A stretch of 64,000 bases of DNA from Phaeosaccion multiseriatum (Eukaryota > Protista > Ochrophyta, other classes). Position numbers and translations under genes: made by a program. Below the pieces are notes generated by a model. The model was not told the origin of the DNA, ran no database searches, and worked only from the letters and a program-made list of their open reading frames with translations. The DNA lies in NCBI GenBank assembly GCA_965112735.1, contig OZ218950.1, positions 4,712,001 to 4,776,000 on the forward strand. The letters are read 5' to 3'. Positions 1 through 10,403 of this stretch are shown here, piece after piece. How positions within the stretch are numbered: position 1 is the stretch's first letter; every line of letters begins with the position of its first letter.

Positions 1-103
1 ACAGTGCGTATACGGGGGAGGGGAAGGGGGGAGGAAGCGAAAAGAGGGAGGGCAGCGTTCCTTTTATGGGCCCTCCTTGCTCCAGGGTGTGCACTTCACT
101 TAC

Positions 104-800
104 CCAAGGGAAGGCCGTGGCGAACAGGCCACCGACGTGACTCCCTCCCAAGAAGGCAATCACCATATCGGGGTCTTGCTCCTGCATGCACTGGGCCACC
201 TCGGTCGGCTCGTAGAAGTGAAAGTGGCACGTGTGGGGATCTGGAGGAGCGCGAGGAGCAGGAGGAAACAGAAGGCAGGGGCAGGAAAGAGAGACGACGG
301 CCGAAGATGAGTCAAGGTTAAAATATTATGTTACGGTGAAGAGAGGGGTGGACGTTAAAACCCCCCCGGTGTCAGCTGCCTACCTTATGGCAAGTTCTCT
401 CCTATGCACTCCTTTCCAGCCCCCCCCCCCACACCACCCTCGACGTCTCTCACCTTCGAGCTCCAGCGTGTGGCATATCTCCTCTCCGTCTGCCGTTGTA
501 TCACACCGCCAAGCTCCCTTCTCGGCCGTCGAGCTACATCGCGGAGTGCAAGCCTCGGGACGCCAATTCGGCTCGGGAACGTCGACCACTCCGCCAGTCC
601 CTGAACGCACGGCACAGAAGAGAAGCGTCGGTGAGAAGAGATGCAAAGGGGGGAGCCAAAGAGAGGAGAACAGACCAGACCTTCCGACCCCAGAAGAAGC
701 ACTCACCCGCTGCTCCAGGGAGCTGGACCAAGAGCGAGAGAAGCCCCCCCATGGCCACCGCTGCTGCGGCGCCTCCCGGCATAGCCACAGACGAGCGCAT
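104..800 (-). CDS. 5' part (exons 1-3) of a paralog of the 1888-7726 gene; continues past the left window edge
   Basis: Exons 800-707 (MRSSVAMPGGAAAAVAMGGLLSLLVQLPGAA, signal-peptide-like), 600-454 (VPEPNWRPEACTPRC..GAWRCDTTADGEEICHTLELE) and 240-104 (DPHTCHFHFYEPTEVAQCM..MVIAFLGGSHVGGLFATAFPW) have GT-AG ends. They align with exons 1-3 of the + strand gene, with the same intron phases. Confidence 0.85.
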
Positions 801-1887
801 TCTCAGCCCGGCCCAACTGTCTCCGATATCGACCGATGTGTAAAGGAGGTAGCGCCCTCAAAGCTGCAAGATTCCTCTTCCGATCACCCCCTTTCACCCG
901 AACGGGAGGTTTGACGGGGATCAAGTGGCTGAATCCGAAGTGGGGTTTGCCTCTCTCCTCTTTCTCGAAGGCAACTGCGATTCTGGTAACCAGGGTTATC
1001 CTGGCCCACCTCAGCACCTGAGCAGCGGCTCCGGCCAGGCCTCCTCAGCCGCGCTGCTCCCAGTAGTGGCAAGCAAGCGTGGGCGCACAGCTCTAGCGGC
1101 TGGCAGGTCAGCTCCAAGGTCCCAGGTCGAGCTCACTCAAACAGGACCAGACTATTTTGTTGACAACACGAAATTCGTTCTGTGTGGAACGAGACCCGTC
1201 CGCGCCCGACACTACTATTCCTACGTTACGCTGTGCACTCTCTTCCTGCTGTGTGCTGCTCTCTCCCTCTGTCCTTCGTCTGCTGTTCCTCCCACTCTCG
1301 GGCAGTCTGGATCCCTCTCTAGCAGGACAGCACAGAGCTCATGTGGGCCCTCTTCTGTGTGATAATATATAAATCAGGCTCCAAAAATGCGGCATGGAAT
1401 TTTTGGGGTCCCAAAAATCTCCGAAGTACGAATTGGATCGCGAAGCCTCACTTGGCGGCAAGCGGGATCCAGGACGTGCGAGAGAGGCGTTTTCGGGAGG
1501 CTCTCACAACTGAGGCTTCGGCAGCAGCAGCCGAGACGCCAGTGTAGAGGAGGTACTAGCACGGTGGGCAAGGCAGTCAAGGCAGTCCACAGTGGGAGGA
1601 GCAGCGGCAGCAGCAGTCGTGCCGAGAATCGAAGAAACGCCAACGGCAGGGCCTCTCAAGAGGTCTGAGGACGACCTAAACCGCCTTGTTTCCCTCGAAA
1701 GGGCCGCTTGTTTTCTGACTTGGGCTGACCTCGAAGAGTCCCAGGTTGGAATATAGGACTAGCCTGACTGAGAACAGGAAGGCAGAATTACGGCAGTGGT
1801 GGGCAATCCAAGCACTTGATACAGACTTGTGTTTGGAAAGGGGGAAGGGTCGAAGTGGCCTGTCTTCGAGCTTGCCGCGGAGACGCC

Positions 1888-4800
1888 ATGAAGACTGCAG
1901 CAGGATTGCCGGGATGGGCAGCAGCAGCGGCGGCGGGAGCATCTGCTTTGCTGATGGCGATGCCCGGGGCTCAAGGTGTGTGTGTGAGAGAGAGAGAGAG
2001 AGAGCGATTGAGAGGGGAAAAGTGTGGGATCCCTTGCAGCCTTTTTTCTTTCGCCTTTCTCCGTACTCTTCTTCCTCTGGCTGCAGTGCAACAGTGCCTC
2101 GTGTCTAAATGCCCAACTGTCGTCATCCTCGTGATCAGGTCAAGGCCTGGCAACCACGCCGAATATCCCCAACCCCAACATCAGGACATCCTGTACCCCG
2201 AGATGTGCAGACATGGACTCGGGGGGACAGTGGCGCTGCGACACGACTGATACAGGAGAGAGGCTGTGCAACACTCAGGAGCTTCTGGGTGCGTTGACGC
2301 AAGCCTCTGGTTACTTAACATGCCCTCCCAAAGCTATCCTCCCGAACAGCTCTGCCCCCCCCCACCACCCCTCCTTTGCCTCCACGCGCAGAGCCGCACG
2401 GCCACTAACCACCCCAAGCCAACCCCCGCTTCCCCCAATGCAGACCCACACAGATGCCACCTCCACTTCTACAGCGCAGTGGAGGTGGCGGAGTGCCTGG
2501 CCGAGAGGGAAAACATGGTCATTGGCATTTTCGGAGGTAGTGTCATGTCCGGTGTCATCGCGTCCGTCTTCCCATGGGTGAGTTGGAAGAAAGAGTGGAG
2601 GGAGAGGGAGTTGTGGCGCTTCTTTTGGCTGCGGGCCGGCAGGGTGTGCAGGGTCGGGTGGGAAGGGGGGAGGGGCGGATGGGGAGCTGAGTGAAGAGGG
2701 GCGTGGGAGGAGGAGGGGGGGGGGGGGTTATTTTCCGGGTGGCGCGACGAATGATTTGGCCTATTCTCTCCTTGCCCTGGCTTGCCTCTGATGCAGATGA
2801 TCTGATGATTTGCTCTGTCTCTCCTTGCCCTGGCTTGACCCTGATGCACACCCCTCCCCTCTCCTCGCCTCCCCTCCCTCTCTCATCACAGATGGACCAA
2901 TACGAGGAGCAGACGTTGGACGTGCACGACTGGCTTTTTGATGGTCAGCCCCCTTACACGGAGGGTGTGCCCCAGTATGTGCTGGAGATGCGTTGTGCCG
3001 CCATTGCCTTCACCGCAGACGAGCAAGTCACCTCGAAGAAAGCTTCCCTGGACAGAGGCACTTGCGGAGATGTGTTTGCGCGCAACGACGAGACAGACGC
3101 TGCCCCGGGGCTGCTTTGGGGCAGTTCCGTATCAGCTGTGCACGTGTTGGACTACATTGATCAGCTGATTGAGGCCGAGCGAACGGAAATGTCGGGCTAT
3201 TTCGTCCTGCAGATTGGTACGTGGTACAACATTTGCAACAATCCTACGTACGACCCTTGGGGATGCAATGCCCTGCCCGACGGAGAGGAGGTCAAGGCAC
3301 TGCGATCGGCAGGCCTGGATGCGCAGCTCGAGTTTTACTACACGCAGATGGCAAGCGTCGCGGAGAAGATTAGGGACAACTTTCCCAATATCATCACCGT
3401 CTTCAGTCAGGCGGGAGAGTGGACAGAGTTCATGGCCGGGACCGGTGTCATTGCCACGAGGGTGAGTGGCACGAGAGCAAGCTGTGGATTCGGTGGGGCT
3501 GGCGTGTGCACGCCGACCACAAGAAGAAGAAGAAGAATTCAGAAGGAGTGGGGGTGATGGCAAAGGAGAAGAAGAGAAGGACACAACCCTCAGGCACAGG
3601 CCACATCTCCTCCTCCCCTCGGGCCCTTACCCTCTTTCCTCCATGCAACCCCTCTCTCCTCTCTCTGTGTTGTGTGTGCCTCCCCCTTCCCTTCCCTACA
3701 ACAGCTGGCCCAGGAGTACAACGGCATGGTGCTGGACGTCTCCGGCGTCATCAACTCCTTCAACTCCCCGGAGAAGGTGGGCAACCATCCCGTTCACATC
3801 GCGAGTTTGGGTATCTTCCAGCGCATCGTCAGTGTCGCCTGCGAAGCCGACCAGGAGGAGGAGGTGGAGTGTGAAGAACAGGTGGGTTGGAGAGAGGGGG
3901 AGGGAGAGGGGGGGGGGGTACGAGTGGGGGGCGAAGGACATGGAATGTCTCAGTCAGAGGAGCGGTGATTCACTATACTGCCTGCCTGTAACTGTAACTT
4001 TCAATACCCATCTCCACCGCAAGGCAAGTGGTTGCTTTCTCTCGCCCACCCTCCATCACTCACGCACGCTCTCTCTCCCTCTCTCTCTCACACACACACA
4101 CACCAGTCGGTGGGCTCGCCGGGCTGCAACCCCTACGAGTGGTCCGTCGAGGAGGAGGACGAAGACGACACGAACACGCTCTGGTGGAACCAACACCATC
4201 GTCCCTGCGTGGTTGATGTGTACCCCTCGGCCGAGATGTGGGACTCGAGTATGGCAGTGGACGCTCCCTCCGGCGGCGGGGAGCCTCTTGAAACGCTGGA
4301 CTTTTCCAGGATTGTGCTGGATCGGGAGATAGTGTCTACCTACGCGAGCCCCTCGTACTCGAGCAAGACCGGCCACGGCAGTGCTGGGCAGGAGTACAAG
4401 GCATGGAAGTACACCAGTCTCAAGATTGTGGCGGCTGTCCTGTCGCTGCTGTACGTCATCTACACGTTCAAGAGTGCCATGCCCAAGGCGGCCAAGACGC
4501 TCGATGGCCACGGAAGCGACGAGAGCCTGCTGACCCGTATTGTGAACAAGATTCTGACGCCCAACAAGGCCATTGCCAGCAGCAAGCAGCATATGAAGCG
4601 CAGTGGTGTAGGAACCGGTTCAGTATCGAGCTACGGCGGATCTGCGACGACGTCCCCCAGCAAGGCTATGCATGGCACCGCCGCTGCCGGCGCTGCAGGG
4701 GCTGCTGGTATGGGCATGGGTGCGTGGGGCTACCTCACCGCCTTCGATGGAGCGCGCTTCGTGGCCTCGCAGCACATTGTGGGCGGGCACTACTTCGGCA

Positions 4801-7726
4801 CCTCCCCGCAGGCCACGCCCCGCTGGTACATCATCGGCTGGGGCTTCACCTGGGTGCCCTGGTTCATGATGCTCTCCGGCTTCGTGCTCACCTACTCGTC
4901 GCTCAAGAGGCAGGCCAAGTCTGGCCAGGTCGGCGTGTACCCCAACCCGTGGACCTTCCTCCAGGCTCGAGTCAAGAGTATCTACCCTCTGTACCTGCTT
5001 GGGCTCATCGCCGCCTTCTTCGTGTCCGTGTGGGATGACCGCTGGCAGAATATCACTTGGTTGGAGGCCGTGGCGAGCGTGACGCTGACGCAGGCGTGGA
5101 TCCCCAAGATCACGGAGAACGTTCTGCAAGCGCACTGCTGGTTCCTCAGCGCCATCGTGCCTCTCTGGTGAGTAAGCGTGCTCCTGGCCTTGACCCTGAC
5201 CTTGAGCTTCGCAATCATTCCTGCCGCAGTTGTCTCTTCCCTCGCAAGTTTCCTTCTTCTCCCTCGCGCAACTCACTCACTTCGTCATCACACTCTCCTC
5301 CTCTCCTCTACCTGCTTTATCAGGTTCTTCCACGGCCGCATGGAGAAGTTCATGTCTAACCTCAGCAACAAGGCCCTCGTCGCTCTCATGGTGGCGCTGT
5401 CCGTCGCGGGCTGGCTCCCTGCTATCATCCCCCCCATTGTCGGAGAGCCTGCAGACTGGTACCGAGTGCACTCCTACGGGTCCACCAAGATGTGGGAGGA
5501 CATGTTTGTGGTGATGCTCAAGTTCTTCCCCGCCTTCTACGCCCATGTGTACATCTACGGCATCGGCCTGGCCTGTCTCTACCGGTGAGTGACGCGAGTG
5601 GAGAGGGTGGTGATGCGTCTGCCTCAGGGCCCGATAATATGCCTCTCTTCTTCCGACATACTATTATTTTGTTCTCATTCGCGCTTTTTTTTTGTCTTGT
5701 CTTCCTTTCGTACCCCCGAAACACCCGCAGCAACTACCGCGAAGCGGCCCCTGCTCTGTTCAGATTCGGGGCCTGCATTGGCTACGCCGGGCTCTTGCTC
5801 GTCTTCACCGTCGAGGCCATCCAGCCCCCAGGCTACAAGCTCACGTGCCGACTCGGAGCCCTCGCCCCTCTGCAGGGCCTCATCCTGATCGGCCTGGCCT
5901 TTGGAGTCGACCCCGTGGCCAAGCTGTTCAACCTGTGGCCCTTCCGCGTGCTGGGGCGCTACTCGTACTCGGTGTACATCTTCCAGTTCATCGCCTTCAA
6001 CATCTGGAGCGGCTGGGCCGATATGGGCATGATGACCTTCCTGCTCGCCTTCGCCATTGTCATGCTCAACGTGTCGACCCTGCTCTTCCCCACCAAGGAC
6101 AACTCTGTGTTCTGGAGGAGAATGGCCATCGCAGGCGGTGTGGGCCTCGGGCTCGTGTCTCTCTGGGGCATGCTCCCCACCACGGTGAGCGGCAAGTGGG
6201 GCGAGGACACCGGCGGCTTTGCCTCCACCCCTGCCTACGTGGAGTACTCTACCGGTGCCACCGACGTGCGACTCAACATGACCACATCCAACGTGATGCT
6301 TGGCGATAAGAGCGAGTTTTCGTTCATCAACCCCTCCCTCCTCACCCTGGACGACACCATGTTCATGGCCGCAAGGAGACACCGCATGGAGTTTGACACG
6401 ACGCCTGAAGAGACCATCGACGGCGCCAAGGTCATTACCACCATGTGGTACAGTGATATTGTGCTCAGTGCAATGGACACAAGCGCAGAGGATGGCACTC
6501 TAAAGCCCATGGACGACAACATGCACGTCATGTACTTTACCCCCAGCGAGGAGGAAGCGTCTTGGACCCCCTGTATCCCAGAGATGCAGTTCCACCCCAT
6601 CAACAACACGTGGACGCAGCACGTGGTGACTGGCCCGCAGGACCCTCGCCTCTTTGTGCAGGACAGGAAGCTGCGCATGAGCTTCTTCTCCACCCTCCCC
6701 AACCAACCTGGGGACGCGTGCCCGGCAACCGGGGAGACCATTGGTGCCATGTTTGTCACAGATGGCGATCTGCGCAAGGCGCTTGTGCCTGGGGCGGACA
6801 GAGTGACGGTCGCCAGCCTGTTGCCGGCTCCCGAGGGACCGACGGCTCCCACTCCTCAGGTTTATGAGAAGAATTGGATGGCGTTTGACATTATGGGGGC
6901 GGATGGGGAAATGCAGGACAGCATGGGCTTTTTGACCCACCTCTCCCCCTTCACGCCCATCCGAGTGGACGGCGGGAAGGGCGGGGAGGTCGTGGCTTTA
7001 CCCGTGGTCAAGACACCCCTCTTGTACTTTAAGGACGCCATGAAGCTGGAGATTCACGGAGGGTCGAACGCGGTGCTGGTGGAGCGCTCCTTCCTGGACG
7101 ATTACTACCTTGCGGTCTTCCACACGCTCAGCGCAGGCGGACAGTACGTCAACTACTTTATGCAGTTCACCACCATGGAGCCCTTCTACCCCACCGCGGT
7201 CAGCCGACCCATCCCGGTCATCAACCCAGACGAGGAGCTCTGCCCGGTGTTCGCGTCAGGCCTGACTAAGGTGAGCAAAGACCACGTCATGGTGACCTAC
7301 GGCTCATGCGACATGGAGTCCCGCGCTCTCACCCTCTCCTTGACGGATGTGGACAAGCTCTTCCGCCAGCGTACCTCCAGCACCGAGTTCAACTCTCTGT
7401 ATTCGGCTGGCGTGGTGGGCGTGGCGTCTCGGGAGGCTCCCTCTCCTTCAGCAGGCGATGATTTGCCGCTCGACAATGGCCTCGTTGGCCTGCTCTGCTG
7501 CGTGGGCTTTGTCATCCTCGCCGCACTGTTCCTCACGTATGTAACGCCGCTGCTGAGCCGCCAGAGGCAACAGCTCAACAAACTCGATACAGAGGAGCAG
7601 GAGGCGAACAGCCCCTTCAGGGAGGACAAGCAAGAGAAGCTCTTCGCCCCTGCTTCTCCGGCCACCACCCGCGGTGCTCCGATCGAACTCCTTACTTCGT
7701 CGAGTGCGCGCCGGACATCGGACTGA
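1888..7726 (+). CDS. ~1478-aa multi-domain membrane protein: signal peptide + Cas1p/PC-esterase (SGNH)-like domain + acyltransferase-3 (OafA-like) domain + GT91/GH130-like five-bladed beta-propeller + C-terminal TM
   Basis: Eight exons (1888-1975, 2139-2288, 2444-2577, 2892-3461, 3705-3881, 4107-5167, 5324-5584, 5731-7726) total 4437 nt in frame. N-terminal motif CHLHFYSAVEVAECL..IGIFGGS. AT3 motifs FDGARFVASQHIVGGH, VPWFMMLSGFVL, HCWFLSA, LGRYSYSVYIF. Propeller motifs FINPSL, GPQDPRLF, EKNWMAF, IHGGS, YLAVFH, FASGL, VTYGSCDMES. Confidence 0.85.
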
Positions 7727-8479
7727 GGGGGTGTCAGGACACATGAGGTGTTGGTGTGGCATCATATGATTCTAGTGTAGGCACGGCAGAAAATTTTGAC
7801 TCGATGGAAGGAAGAGCATACGATCCGCAGGCAGGTCTTGCCTTGGCAAGCTCAGGGAAGAGCAGAGGCTGCTGGGGGGCGAGAGGAGAGGCGCCCCTTG
7901 AAGCGCCGCCTCTTGAAGCGCCGAGAGGCGATGGATGTGCACCACTGATAAAGCACGCGGTGATTGTATTTTGTGCATATATATTTAATTTTGAAAGTTA
8001 TATGCTTGGGTGGGAGGAGTAAGAATAGTGCCGAGTGGAAGCCGTCCACTTTTCTTGGTAGCACTTTAAAAGCAAGAATGGACAAATTGTTGTCCGCTTG
8101 TTTCTTTGGCTTCTGTGAACTACAATATATGTATACATTACTAACGAGACAACCACCGAATGCCAGCGCAGCATTCTCTGTACTCTGCTGCCTCTGGTGT
8201 CCAGCCTCAGTTGGGCGTGCGCTCGGCACTCACTGTCTATCCCACCTCTCCCTCTCGCCTGTGCATCTGAGGCTTCAAACCCACACGCTGTGTGTGGGCG
8301 TGTGTGTTTGCCTCCATCGTCAAGCCAGTAAGTCAACAAGTTCCTGAGCGAGCCCCCCCAGCCCTGCATGTCTGCTGCCCGCCTCAGATTTTCCTCCGCT
8401 CCTCCTCTGCCGTACCAAAGGGGTACCTAAGCGTTGAAGCTTTGACGCCTCATACCGCCCGCCCCATATCCAGAATCAC

Positions 8480-8513
<34 letters not shown>

Positions 8514-8589
8514 TGGCTGTTGGTTTTGGCTGTGGCCGCATGAGGGCCCCGTCGGGTGTCTGCAGGATTCCATCACGGCCTCGCTCGGC

Positions 8590-8772
8590 CGGTCGATCGT
8601 CGGTCGGCCGATCGTCGGTCGGCCGATCGTCGGTCGGTCAGTCGGTCGGTCGGTCGGTCGGTCAGTCGGTCAGTCGGTCAGTCGGTCGTCAGTAGGTCGA
8701 TCGTCAGTCGGTTGGTCGGTCGGTCGGTCGGTCGGTCGGTCGGTCGGTCGGTCGGTCGGTCGGTCGGTCGGT
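8590..8772. repeat. (GGTC)n microsatellite, intergenic / 3' of ABCG
   Basis: Visible GGTC/AGTC tandem run. Confidence 0.9.
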
Positions 8773-8958
8773 GCCCAGAAGGCGAACCATCGAGTGAGGC
8801 CCATGCAGCAGACCTTCCCATAACCGGACGGTGGACTGCACTCAGGAAGAAGGGCGGCACACTGCGTCGTCCTATGCTGCTCTACCTCTCATGCCACGCC
8901 TTCTCTTTTCCAGTACAACTGTAACTGTAACTCGTCGACAGTCGACATGTCTCCCTCT

Positions 8959-9852
8959 CTACTTGTCTTCCGGTGGCTCTTCGAGAGACTGAAAGCGAGG
9001 CTTGGTGAGGCAAAGCGACCCCAAAGTGACCAAATGAAACGCCATGGTCAGCACACCCAGCCGGGCAAAGGGTCCGCTCAACCTCCCTCCTGCTGGCACA
9101 CCGCGTCCAGGCTTGCCTTCGTAGCCTGCGTAGCTCAGCTCCACGAGGACGTCTTCCCCAGGGATGGGGTGCCCGCCCTTGTCCTGTAGGAAGCGACCCA
9201 CAACGGGCACATTAGGCACTTTGCCGGGCGCCGAATCGAGGGTGAGCCCTTTGAATTCATTACGCATGAGGGCAGTGGTGGCCCACTTGATGGTGGAGAG
9301 CGCCTCGAGCTTCTTCATTGCGGGAGGTATGTTGAGGTTGAGGCCACACAAGAGTAAGAACACCACGTTGACGGCGGGACCAATGACACTTGCGGTTTCC
9401 GAGCTTGGGGCGAGACACCCAATCATGAGACCCAAAGCACTGCTGGCGTGGCACTCGAGTAAGAGAATGCCCATAAAGTTCCGGAGCTTGCCCTTGCCGC
9501 GGTTGAGGCCGCTTAGCGAGTACACCACAGGACCAAACACGGCTGGGAAGATGAGCTCTGTGGGCAGCTCTGCCAGCACCTTGGACAGCCAGTAGCTCGC
9601 CATGTGGTAGCCCTGATCGAGCCGCTCGATGGCAATCACAGGCTTTTCCGTGGAGAAGGTTTGCAGGGCTCGCACGCAGCCCACCTGTGTTCAGCAGAGG
9701 GGGGAGGGGGAGGCAGGCAGGCAGGCAGGCGGGGGGGGGGGGGGTAGGCAGGGTAGTAAGAGGAGGCGAGAGAGGGCTTGGGGGAAAAGAGCAGGGTAGA
9801 GAGAGACGGGGAAGGGCACCGAAAGGGGACTTTACAGTACAGGGCACAAAAG

Positions 9853-9883
<31 letters not shown>

Positions 9884-10372
9884 GAGGCTCGTTCACATGG
9901 CTTTTCCGTGGAGGGTGCTTCCACCTCGGCACCCACTCGGCACAGAAGCCATTCAATATACCCGGCCCCCCCTCGGCCTCCCCCTCCACTCCTGTGGACA
10001 TTGAACATTCAGTCACGTACCATGGCAACGTTGACGACGACGTTCACCATGAGTGCCGCTCGGTCCGTTATAGCCTGCTCGTTGCACTTCAGCTTGAAGA
10101 AGACTGACCCGATAATGGCCCCTAGACCGGCACCCACAAGCGCTCGACTCAAGGCCACGCTCTTGTCTCTCGTTGCCTGCCACCAAGACCGCTTCAGCAG
10201 CAGCCGAGCCTGCCCTAAGAAGCCCGGCCTTTTGACCACTATACTCCTCTCTCCTCCTCCTCCTCCTCCTCCCCCTGATGCTACTACGACGGCTCCCTCC
10301 CTTCCCTCCTCTTCCTCCGCCCCGCCTCCGCCGCTTCGAAGCCTTTGTAGTGGGAGGCCTTGTCTGCTCCCT

Positions 10373-10403
<31 letters not shown>

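Noticed and set aside
231-1372. + strand ORFs 231-914 and 925-1362
   Set aside because: No recognisable motifs; the first is antisense to the real minus-strand exons.
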